DNA of 57,068 nucleotides, counting the filler, from Streblomastix strix (taxonomy: Eukaryota): NCBI GenBank assembly GCA_008636045.1. It is 3 parts of 3 records of this genome, joined end to end, with 100 filler letters (N's around TTAATTAATTAA, not from the genome) between each part and the next. Parts side by side here need not be neighbours in the genome. Positions count along the whole stretch, not along the records: positions 1 to 18,975 come from SNRW01000556.1; 2 more parts are not named here. One strand, 5' to 3'. Made by a program: the position numbers and the translations under genes. Positions 1-11,645 of this stretch are shown here, piece after piece. Below the pieces are notes generated by a model. That model saw only the letters and a program-made list of their open reading frames with translations, had not been told where the DNA came from and did no database searches. The stretch's first letter is position 1, and every line of letters begins with the position of its first letter.

Positions 1-330
1 ATCAGGTGGATATAGAGCTGGTTGGAAAAGAGAGAGGTGAAAGGAGAGTTGAAGAAAGAGTAGGTTTGGAGAAATAAAAGGAAGGAGAATGTGTGGAGTG
101 CAATTAAGTGTAGTAAGTTAGTCAAACATGTGTTGGCGGAAGCATGAATTGAAGGATATAATATAACATCAATAAGAAAGGCATCAATATCTGAAACGAT
201 AGATAAGGACATGACATAAATGCAAATTGACCGATGGAGTGGGCACGGTGATGCTTCGGCAACTGTGAGAGTAAATTATGAAACAAACAACAATGATATA
301 ATAAGAAATATGCTAGAATAAGCAGATAAT
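1..330 (+). pseudogene. C-terminal fragment of a tyrosine recombinase (DIRS/Crypton-like)
   Basis: Frame +1 with TAR=Gln reads IRWIQSWL...VLAEA*IEGYNITSIRKASISETIDKDMTQMQIDRWSGHGDASATVRVNY. This resembles the YR box (H)SxR...W.GH...Y. In-frame TGA at 145-147; truncated by the window start. Confidence 0.65.
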
Positions 331-897
331 CAACCTAATCTTAAGGAAAGGTTTGAAAAATAATATCCAAATAAATATATATTAAATATTTTGAAATAAA
401 TTTAATATAAATCTAATCAGTATATATAAAATAAATAAAAAATTAGTTAATAAATATAATATATATAAATCTAAAAGATAATAAATGTTAAATAATAATA
501 AATATAAGTAAAATAATAAAATATAAATATAATCAATTAACTTAATTTCCAATAAGTTAAATAAATAAATGAACATAATTAAAAGAAATAATTATAAATA
601 TACTAAATAAATACTATCATTTAATTTAATAATTAATAAAAAAAGTAAATTTAATAATTAATAAACAAGATATATTAACTATATAAATGAGAATACAAAT
701 ATTGTTATTTTTCAAGAGAATAATATTTTTTATCATTCCTATACATAATTCAGCGAGATAAATAATACCACGAACATTTTTCCTACATAAGAAGAGGTTT
801 TTAATGAGGCATTGGATCTCCAACTTTTAAATTTTAATTATAATAATAATGTTATATATATATTTATAGATGACGTCTCTTTAAACTATGTCCAAAT

Positions 898-995
898 AAA
901 CAGGGAAACTCGCATTAGCGAAAGGATTATGACATAATCCGACCGCAGGGAGGGTTATGTATCACATCCTGTAGATAATGCGAGCTGATCTGTTT
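898..995. other. Imperfect long hairpin with an internal palindrome
   Basis: AAACAG..CTCGCATTA pairs with TAATGCGAG..CTGTTT. The internal palindrome is GGATTATG-A-CATAATCC (924-940). Confidence 0.7.
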
Positions 996-1450
996 CCCAC
1001 CACGAACTAACATTCGTTCATACCCAATATATAATTATATTGTTGAGAAGCGGCCGAACAGGACGCAACTGTAATCCCATTTGGGACAACTTAACGAGTC
1101 GAATAGCAAATAAGAACAACGATATTATTCAATGCAATGGCAATGGTGATACAAATAACAACAATAGCAACAAGTATTAACAAGAAGAATAAGAGTGGCA
1201 ATACAAATACTAACTACAGCAGCAATGATAATAATCAATTCAATTGGAACGATGTTACAAATAATAATAGTAGCAACAAGAAAGAATAAGATTGACAATA
1301 CAATTATTTATTTTCGTTTAAAATTTATTTAAAGTGATAGTAAAATCACTAATAACACAACATTTTTACACATTTCAGAAACAAGCAGGCTCTTAAGCGC
1401 ATTTATATCAAAATAAACAGCTCAGCTCGCATTATCTATAAGATGTGATA
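960..1450. repeat. 36-bp inverted repeat pair (960-995 and 1415-1450)
   Basis: Reverse complement of 960-995 is AAACAGATCAGCTCGCATTATCTACAGGATGTGATA; 1415-1450 is AAACAGCTCAGCTCGCATTATCTATAAGATGTGATA (3 mismatches). Confidence 0.85.
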
Positions 1451-2785
1451 AAAACTTCTAATTGAAAATTCAGAAATTTTTTAAACTTAATTTTTAAAAA
1501 TTTAATAATCAATAATTATTTTAATTAAAATTTATTATTTATAAAAAATACATAAAAAAACTTATAGAAAAGTTCAATTTTTTAAAAAATCAAATGATTT
1601 AATTTATAAAGTAAAAATATATTTGACATTTCTTTTTAGAAAACATTTCTTCTATTTATTAATTGATTAAACATTAATATTATTATGAATATATTTAATT
1701 TTCAAATTTATTAATTTATGTATTATTCAGCCAAAAAGATAAGCTTGTCCATAAAAACATACACAAGTATGAAAATAATTCATTTATTCAAATATTTCAA
1801 AAAAATTGTTTTAATCATAATTTAATAAAAAATTTTATTCCTATTTATTATTAATTAATTCATACCTATTAAAAATTTACTTAATTCACTGTAATTAATA
1901 ATTTTTTCATTAAAAATGATCTTAAACTCATAAACAATGTTTTCAGAGAAATTTTCCCACTTCAAATATCCATTCTACAGTTAAAAGAAGGAAAAACAGT
2001 TTCTTTTTAAGAGAATTAGTAATAGTAATTTTGAGAATTATAACTTATTTTGTTAAATAAATTTTAGAATAAATCACTTTGCAAGTTGTGGAACATTTTT
2101 AAGGCGTGTACCAACACTATTTCGGCAATAAAGTATGCATAGTCAAATAAGAGAAGTTATTCACTCATATTGGTTCAATATATTTGGTTAAAATCAATAG
2201 CCGATTTCTTTGTAATAATCTGCAGCCGTACTTGCAAGCGTGCTAGCTGTTTCAGCCTGAAAAATATAAAAAATTAACAGATTAATTAATAAACAATCTT
2301 GCATATTTAACTAAATAAATTAATTTACATAATTTTTAATAACTATCAAAAGTCTACCTTATCAAATTATCTTCCCACAATTTATTATGTGTATGTATTT
2401 AAAAATAATTTGTTTTGTATATTTTATATTATATTGACACTTTTAATCATCAATTAACGATAAATAAATTAAAAAAGATTAAAATTGTTCTCCCAATCAA
2501 TTGGCAAATAATTATTTTGAGAAATCGACTTATTCTAAGCTAGCATTTATTTTTAATTGTATTATATATAAAATTTGCGAATTTTATAGAGAAATTACTC
2601 ACAAAAAAATAAATACCAAAATTTTTTTTGTTTAAAAAACATTTTTTTCTTAAATTTAGTTTAATTATTGTATATAAATATATTCATTTGGCATTAATTA
2701 CAATTAAAAAACTTAATTAATATTTTATCATAGTTTTATTCTTTCTCATGTGCTTCATTTTGTTAATCTTCTTTTTTTTATTTAG

Positions 2786-5700
2786 ATGGATCTTTACGTG
2801 ACAAACGTAGATTACTACGCGGCATAGCAGGAACTTTATCAACACTTCAGTTAAGCTGGAGTAGTTCTCTAAGTAAAAATTCCATATTCTGGTGGGATAG
2901 GACGCGGCTTTGCATTTGTCACGATGGAAAATTATTATTCCGCTTAAAAAGCTATCAGATTGCTTAATAATTCAAAATTTAAAGGACGTGCAATTCATAT
3001 CTAAATTTCAAAGTAAATACATTCAATAGAGTAACCATAAGGTTTATTACATTTTTTTCTTTTATTATTACATTATTTTCATTTAATTTTACATTATTTT
3101 CAAATAGTTAATGTTCGCCCTATGTTGAATTCTATGTAATTTAATTATAAACCAACTTAACAGCATTTATCTCTACTAGCATAATAGTTTAACCTTCAAT
3201 CAACTACTTAAATTATTAAATAAATTTCTACGCCTAATAAATATTCTGAAGATGAAAAAAATGAATAATTGAGTTTACTTCATTCAAAATTCAAAGAATG
3301 TGATAATTTAGCATTAGAATTGAATTTCTGTGTTAATATATAAAAATAAATTTCTACTTTATTTGATTCGTGCTCAGATGTATTATAAAATACGCTTTTG
3401 GATTTACTTGAAACAATAATTGAACGTAGTATATAAATATAATTACAAGGAAATAAACTTAATTAAGAAAACATCTTTTATTAAAGTATGAATCAGTCAG
3501 GAATACTCTAAAAGATTGAAAAACTTTTGAGTTAAAAAATTAAATATGAAACAGAAAATAAATTAGGTTAATTCTCATTTTAAACTGAATAATTGACAAG
3601 AATTTATTTCTTAGTGATGAAAAGATAAAATTTTTCATTATATATGCTAAACATGTGCTCATAAGTTATTTCTAAGAAATTATCTGCTTTTGTTGAAGAA
3701 TTGGATAAAGAAGAAAGCAAAATAAAACATGAAAAAGAAATGGGGTAAATATAAATAAATATTAATAAACAAGAAAATAGTTAATAAATGAATGAGAATG
3801 ACTAATTTAAATCAGATGAACTGAATATTAATAAATTTTTTGAATCAACAATCAAGATGCTTTATTGTTTAAGTATCATAACACCTAAGAATAGAAATGA
3901 CTTTATTGGATAACCTAATCTATATGAACAATTAATTTAATTTATACATTTAAATTGTTAAACTTCAATTAATTGTTCAAATTCAATCATTATTTAACAT
4001 ACTTCTGATTTATATTAATTATAAATATAAATATTATGCATTCTTGATGATCTTGCATTTGATGATAAAGTAAATATATTAATTTTCAAATAACCTTTAA
4101 TATACTTGCACATCACTGCTATAATTGATAACTACATATCTTTATTTTCAAAAAGATCTAATTCTGCTATTAAATATCAAACTCTATTTAATTCACCAAC
4201 ATTTTTCATCTCCAAATCAATAAATTTAATTTATAATCTTCTCTAATCTTATCACTCAAATGATCAATATAAATAATAATCATATTTTATTATTTTTTCA
4301 TTAATTAAATATCTTAATTTAAAATAAACTTTGTTAAATAATGGCAAACAGAATAAATCAAAAAATGCCATAAGAATTAAAAGCCTCCAATGCTTAATGC
4401 ATTTATAACATAAGAATAATTCGCGTGATTATATATAAATGAATAATTTGAAATATATTGGATCACTTTGTTAATTTGTTGATACTGCTGGAGGAAGTGG
4501 AATTGAATAAAACAATGAAATTGAAAATAGTCTTACAATGATTCGAGATTTCATTATTAAATTTAGAAATGAAACAAAAGGTTGTTAGCTGATAAGAAAA
4601 ATTTAAGAATAAATAGAAATTGAAGGTGGTCTAGAAGAATTTGACTCTATAAAGAATAACAATAAAGCAATATAATTAAATTTATATCTTTTAATAGATG
4701 AAATTTTAAATTAATTTGATGATCATTCCGACTTTGATATGGATAATATAGAATATGGAACAGATAATTAGAAGAAATAAATAATTAGATAATTCATATT
4801 TAGAAAAGTTAATAAAGATTATTAGGAACTTGGATAAAGGGTATAATTCTAATTCTTATTATTTTATTTTCATTTTCTGATTTATTAATTTATTTATTAA
4901 AAATTAAATTTATTATTTTATTATATCATATTTTCTAATAGATAACAGAGACAATTGTCTAAATTGATCTTCCTGAGTTGATTTTGGTTGTCTAAAGCTA
5001 ACAACTTCTGACCAATTCAATTAATAATTGTTATGATATTTTAGTTCCTGTTTAATCAGAACTCAAGAATATATTTGAATCAAATTAATTGTCAGAAGAT
5101 GAAAAATTAGCTAAGTTAATTAATCTTCATGAATTATTCAAAAAAATTGATAAAAAGATGTTGAATTATAATTTCAATTAATAGATTTAATATATTATTG
5201 TTAATAATATTAATTCTTGCTCAAAAGAAATGCAATATGTATTACTTGATATTATTGAATTTGCTGTTAAAAGTTGAATTGGAAAGATAGTTGATGTAAA
5301 TTTTTATTATTTTTAAATATATTTTGAATCCATGAAGGAATCAAAACTGCTTGACATAATCGAAAATCTTCTAAAATATAATTATTAATTAGAAAATGAA
5401 TTAAATTAATTCTCAAGTCTTACTGAATAATTAACCAGAATATACCTTATTATAATGAGTGGTTAATAAATTGATAATAGTATGATTGATTTATGTATTG
5501 AAATAATTTAATTGAATATCAAACATCTTATAGAAAAATTAAAATAATAAAAAATTGATCATGAAAACGATTAAAAAAAAGATAATGATAATAAAAAAGA
5601 TGATGATTGCAATGATCTAAATGATAATGATTAAGAATTAAGATTATAATAAACATTATTAAATTAAGAAATTGATTCAACAACTAATTTGATTTCAACT

Positions 5701-7317
5701 GTGCAATATGTCATTTATTCCAATATAGAATATTTTTTTAATAATCATAACTTTTGTAATGAAATAATTTCTCTTATTCATATGAATTGTTTCAATTCAA
5801 TTAGTTGTTAATATTCGATCTACATATAACCATCTTAGAATATATTTAAATTATTATAAGTTATCATAATAATTATTATTCATCTTATATCTAACTAATA
5901 ATTAAAATTTTCTGCATAATTTAATGAAAGTAAACAATACATTTTTCAGCTTTTTCTTGAAAGGCATTCATTAATTCCTCATTTAACATCTTTAATTACT
6001 TCCTTCAATTATAATTATTAACTTCTATCAAATCTTTAAGTAAAAACAATTCCATAATAATCTTCAATTTCTCTTATATAAAAAATCATTTCATTAATAA
6101 CTCACTTAATTTATAATTCTTTTATAAATATCAATGATTAAATTTCTTCTTCTTCTCTATTAAACTCTTTGATTCATTTGCTCAACTGTTAATCAATAAA
6201 TAATGGAGATGAAAGATAATTAATTTCTTAACTAAAAATTTATTGTAGAAATTGCATTACTTACATTTAGATAAATGGTGATGGCAGAATTTAAAGAATT
6301 CTTTTTAATAATAATTATATTGGAGCTCTTTGTTAATATATTGGAATTGCTGGAGGAAATGAAAATGAGTAAAACGAAGAGATTATTGACAATTTCAAAA
6401 ATTTGGAACAGTTCTTCGAAGATGTTAGAGACAGAAAATAAGTTTAATTTCATATTTAGATTGTCAATGAATAAATTGAATTGGAAGGTGGACTAGAAGA
6501 ACTAGATTCATAATTGTTTAATTACGAAAAAGATTTGAATTATTAGTCAAATGATATGAAAAGTTTATTTACAAATTTATGTCAATTCAAAGATCTTACA
6601 CTTTTTGAATAAGATAAATATTATCGAAGAGATCTTCTTAGTAGGATAATGAATATTGATGATCTTAATGCAGAATTGATTATGTGGTTAATGCATATAC
6701 AATAGAATTTCAATCTGTAAATTCTGCTTATAAATAATGATCTTCTTATTAATAAAGTTCATCAAATATAAAATGTATATCATCAAAGTTCAAATCGATT
6801 GTTTATAAATAATTTAAGCATGAAAACAACTTAAGATCACCTTCAACATTTATTCAAGAGTTAAGGAGATGTTAATTAAATATTAATTGTGAAATCAAAT
6901 AATATCTCTCTTTAATGTGCATTTGTTTAAATGAAAAATGAAAAATCTGCTTTGAATGCACTTTAATTGGATGGAGTATAATTAAATGGAAACATTATTC
7001 ATGTTGAAATTGTTCAATTCAAGTCAAAATTAAATTCAAATTCAAAAAATCTGGAAACTCATCAAATATCTTCAAATTTCAACAAATAGTATTTCTTACA
7101 TCTACCTGAAGTTGAATAAAAATAATATCTTAAAGATTTACTAACTTTAAAGATTAAAAAAATTGATTAACTTAATACAGAATAAATTACAAGGATACTA
7201 TTAGAGAAAAGCAATCAAGACTTGGTTACAATTCTTCAGTATGATGAATTACTTGTTCAAGATGTACGCGACGTATAAAATTAGCTTCTTGAATCTGGGA
7301 TGCTAAATTTCTAATGA
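2786..7317 (+). CDS. RRM + two helical/ARM-like repeat modules + RRM + PABC/MLLE-like protein (exons 2786-3041, 3108-4840, 4942-7317)
   Basis: TAR=Gln translation. N-terminal RRM (LYVTNV...RGFAFVTM). Two modules end in TAGG..E..EI...EQIEIEGGLEEFDS and IAGG...EQIELEGGLEELDS. Second RRM (LFINNL...CAFVQM...LDGVQLNG). C-terminal EQKQYLKDLL...ITRILLEKSNQDLVTIL is MLLE-like. Both GT-AG introns preserve the frame. One internal TGA at 5275-5277. The ATG follows TTTAG, so an upstream exon is possible. Confidence 0.75.
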
Positions 7318-7739
7318 ATTCGGATTATTTCAAAAGAGATTTTGTGTTTAAATATCAAATATGTTAGGAGTAATTGAAAATTCTTGAGTTTGTATTGTTG
7401 ACATTTATTTATTTTTATATGTTAAATAAATTCTTTTATTGATCTTTATGCATCGATTGGCTATTTTATAACAGTTCGCATTTCCTACTCATTAATTACA
7501 AATAATAATTGATTAATTTTGTTTTAATTATGTTAAAATAGTATTTTTAAACTAATATATATGCATTTTAATTATAGATAATTTACTTGTTTTTCCATTT
7601 TAATTTGAAAACTGATATCAGAATGATTCATTTTTGCATAAGTACGTTTTATAAACTAATTTAAATCATAACGTACAGAATATGTTTTAAGCTCTTTTAT
7701 TTCTTAAGTGGAGAAATTTTAGTATTGATCAATCTGATA

Positions 7740-8330
7740 CTTAAAATAAATCAATTGGAAATATCTGCTATTGTTGCATAAGAATTTTCCTTTGATTAAA
7801 AATAAACCAACTGAAAATGGTAAAGAATCTCAAAGTAACATTAGAAAAGTTGTTGATTAAATAAGAATATTGATATTCTACTTTAAATTCCTGGAGGGTC
7901 AGTTCCATTAAAAAGTGGGTTCTACACTCAAACAAAAACAATAAGTTTGGGAGAATATCACAAAATCACTGGACAATATTCTTTTCTATCTAATATAATC
8001 TGAGACATTCATATTATCCATCATAAGTTGTATCAAAAGGATAACTTGTAGAAATTAGAATTTGAACGAAAAAAAAAAGAATCTTTCATAAATTATTCAA
8101 ATAAGGAGTTAGAAAATTAATAATGAATCCGAATAAGAAAATAAACGATAAGATTTTTCAATGATCTTCCTCTTCTGATGAAGCATCCTTTGAAAAATGC
8201 ATTTGTAGTGGCTAAATGTTGCGGTATTTATGAGACCTATTCTCTCTTTGTGTCTAGTATGGATATTGCAGCATAAGAACGAACTGGAAGTAATGTTGTC
8301 AGTCATGCAAGAATTAAATGTCCACATCCA
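7740..8330 (+). pseudogene. Frameshifted fragment of an unidentified gene
   Basis: Protein-like pieces lie in shifting frames (IPGGSVPLKSGFYTQTKTISLGEYHK...YPSQVVSKGQLV). No continuous frame. Confidence 0.3.
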
Positions 8331-8762
8331 CAAATATACATAAATAAAATATATAAAAATACTGAGAAAATAATGGCTTTAAAACAAATAATATCATAAA
8401 TAGAGTAATTGTTACATTAATTTCCGTGTTACGCTCGATTTAAAAATAAAAAAAATCATGATGCTTTTAAACTGTTTTAATAACTGGTAATATAATTATT
8501 AAATTTGGAACTAGTACTGAAATATCAAAAATGTATAATTTAAAATAGAAAATATAAAATTATGGCTAATTTACGAAATAAGAAAAGTATTTTTTCTTGA
8601 AATATCTGCTAAATATAGTTTTCAAAATATTTTAATTTGTTTTAATTACAATATTTTATTTTTATATTATCAATTATAAGTATTATAATCACTTTTATTA
8701 ATTTGTACTGTATTTATTTTTTAATTTGCAATTTTCTTGTTATTTGGTGACTATAAGCAGGA

Positions 8763-11014
8763 ATGAGCATAAAACTTGGAAAAGACATTTCTGACACTGT
8801 CCGTTTAGATGATACTTCCCGAAGTCTAGCTTTTAGATCTGAAGTTAGCAAAATTATTTTTCTTTTTTTTAATTCTCATTCAACACCCTGTATTGCTTTA
8901 TGTTTTTTTAAAAAAAATTAAATTAATGGCGCATATTTATGTTATATGGTATAAAATATCATTTTTAAATTAAAATTTAGTCAACAAATACAGATGAACA
9001 AATTGCTGCTCTTAAATCTGAAAATGAAGTACTGAAAAGGAAAATTGATGATAATGAATTAAAATCTAGATAGTAAATTGTTACTTTACAGACTCAATTG
9101 TAGGACGAGAAGCAGTAGCGCGAGAAGGTGGAAAAAAGAGCCGAGAGAGAAAAAGAAACTGCAAAGAAGGAAAGAGAAAAAAATATGGACATTGCGAAAA
9201 AGCTACAAAATGAGGAAGACTTAGAAAACAAACTGCATCAGACAGAAACAGAGAAAAGGAAAGTAGAACAAGAGCTTCGATATGAAATAGAGAAGAAGAA
9301 TGAAGCAATTGAAAGAGCAGAAGAAGCCGAAATGAATGAAAAAGAAGAAATTGAATTGAGGAGGAAAACTTAACTTGAAAAAGATGAGATAATAATTGGA
9401 AATGAATAAATGAAGATGGATTATGAAAGAAATAAGCAGAAATTGGAAGAGGAGATTGAAAAGAGGAGAGAATTTCAAGCAAAATATTTGGCTTAAATTG
9501 AAGAGAAAGAAAAAGCAAAGAAAGTAGCAATTGAAGAAATTGCAAAAAGATAACAAATTGAAAAAGAATTAAGATCAGAAAAAGAAGAAAAAGAAAATGC
9601 TGTTGTAAGAACATAAGCAGCCGAGGCAGAAAATATTGAATTGAAAAAGAAAAGAAATAAAGAAAAAAATGAAAAATAAATATAAACAGAAGAACTTGAA
9701 AAAGAGAAGAAAAAAGTAGAAAAAGAGAAAGAAAAACAAAAAGAAGAAGAAAATAAGAGAAAAGAAGCAGAAACACAGAAATTGTAATTATAAGGAGAAG
9801 TCCAACGTTTGACAAGAGAGAATGAAAAATTCAAACATGAAGTTGCTCGAATGAAAAATTCAAACATGAAGTTGCTCGAATGAAGTAGAAATTTGGGGAG
9901 AAAAACGTTGAAGATGAAATTAAATCAATTGAAAATATAGAAAAAGAAAAAGATGAAGAAATTCAGAGATTAAAAGAATCAAACAAGAATAAAGATGAAG
10001 AATTGATGATAAATAAAGAAGAATTAAGAAAAAATAAAGACGAATTGAGAAGAAAAGATGAAGAACTTTAAAGATTGAAAAGAAAAGCTGATGAAGCTGA
10101 ATAAAGAATTCGCAGATTGGAATAAGAGAAAGAATAAGAAAAATAAGAGAAAGAGAAAAATGAAGCCGAACTCAAAAAATTGAATGAGAAACCAATCATT
10201 GCAATTATCAATCCAGATCCAACAGATTTTGAATTTTCTGATGTTGATGGTATTATGAAGATGATAACTAAGAAATAAACAAAATACAACACTATTTCTC
10301 TGACCAAAGTATTAGAAGATGGAATCTGGTAACTTGAAACTGAGTTCAATAATTCACACAATGCATATGCAGGTTTGAAATCACAATTATTGAAATTTAT
10401 ATTTTTTCAATTTAATTTCTAATCAGCAATTGGAATAGTTCGAGATTCATACAACATCCCTGCTGACGCATTTCCTGCATGGGACCCACGTTTACTCTTT
10501 CTTTATTATTTATTTATTCTATCATCAATTATAATATTATTTTATTTATAGATACTCAGAATATGGCTGTATTTATAGGGAAGTTTATTGAATATTATTA
10601 TTTTGATATTTAATCATTTTATTTCTATACTGATTTTTTTTGATTCAGAGGTTGGAGTACACCTCAGATCTACTATAAAGGAAGTGGCACATTTGAAATG
10701 TCTGGTTTTGGAGACAATTAAATATTGAGACTTGAGTTTGACAGCAAGAAAGGAACTCTCTTTCTATTTGTTGATAACACCCAACAAGAACTGTATATCA
10801 GTGGAATAAAAGAGAAAGTGAGATTCATTGTTTGATATTTATTTGTATTATATTCATCTAACTTTTATTCATTTAATTTTTATTTACTTATTTTATTAAC
10901 TTGATTTAGATCTACATGTATCATGCTGGTTCATAATGCACTATTCGATCATTGAAGAAATTATTTGCACCAACATCTGGCCATGTAGCTAATGAAAAAT
11001 CTGTACAATGGTGA
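8763..11014 (+). CDS. Coiled-coil protein with C-terminal SPRY/B30.2-like domain (multi-intron; frameshifted by a 29-bp duplication, possibly a pseudogene)
   Basis: ATG at 8763, intron 8844-8980, then a long E/K-rich coiled coil. After it: NTISLTKVLEDGIWQLETEF / AIGIVRDSYNIP / GFGDNQILRLEFDSKKGTLFLFVDNTQQELYISGIKEKVRFI / CTIRSLKKL...VQW-TGA, split by four short GT-AG introns. Confidence 0.75.
9820..9884 (+). repeat. Perfect 29-bp tandem duplication
   Basis: GAATGAAAAATTCAAACATGAAGTTGCTC occurs twice (9820-9848, 9849-9877), followed by GAATGAA. It shifts the reading frame from +2 to +1. Confidence 0.9.
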
Positions 11015-11645
11015 TGAAGAAAAAAGCAATCATGCGATGAAGTTATTAATATCATGAAAGCAAAATTGAATTGAAACATCTATGTCCAAACTGTTCTTAT
11101 TCTTTCCTTCTTTCTAACTTAGATATTATCAATTTAATCATACACCAGAGTGTTAAATTTTAGAAAAAAATAAAAAAAATGGCTGTAATTTTATTGGTAT
11201 TTTAATTATCTTATTATTAATAAAAATTATTTATAAAATTTGAACATTTTTTTTTTCATAATTTTTTACTCAATTTTCTCGATTACAGTATTTACTAAAT
11301 CTTCCTTTTGTAATTTAATTTGCCAACAATTTATTTTTAAATTTAAATATCATGAAATAAAATATAATTATGACATATTTATCCAGATTAATGAAATTGA
11401 TTCTATATTCAATTTATTGTTCTGTACAATAGTTTTAATACAATTCAATTCTATATTTTTTTTCAAGAAACATTGTTTGTAATTACTTTTAATATCAAAT
11501 AAAATGTTTTTATCTTTTGGATATGAAAATTAAATGATTCAAAATTTTTTTACAAGAAATCGTTCAATTCTTCTAATTAAATTTATTTATTTTTTATTTT
11601 ATATTATTTAATTTTCTTTCTTTTTTTATTTTATTAGTATATTTA

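Noticed and set aside
1100..1300. (AAC/AAT)-rich direct repeats (CAAGAAGAATAAGA.T.G.CAATACAA twice)
   Set aside because: Low-complexity duplication without regular spacers; not a CRISPR-like array.
1940..2260. Possible minus-strand exon (AETASTLASTAADYYKEIGY...)
   Set aside because: It has a splice-acceptor-like start but several TGAs and no recognisable domain, so it cannot be supported as a gene.
9081..9867. Long hydrophobic minus-strand ORFs (F/L/S-rich) in the ORF track
   Set aside because: They are antisense shadows of the E/K-rich coiled-coil gene on the plus strand.
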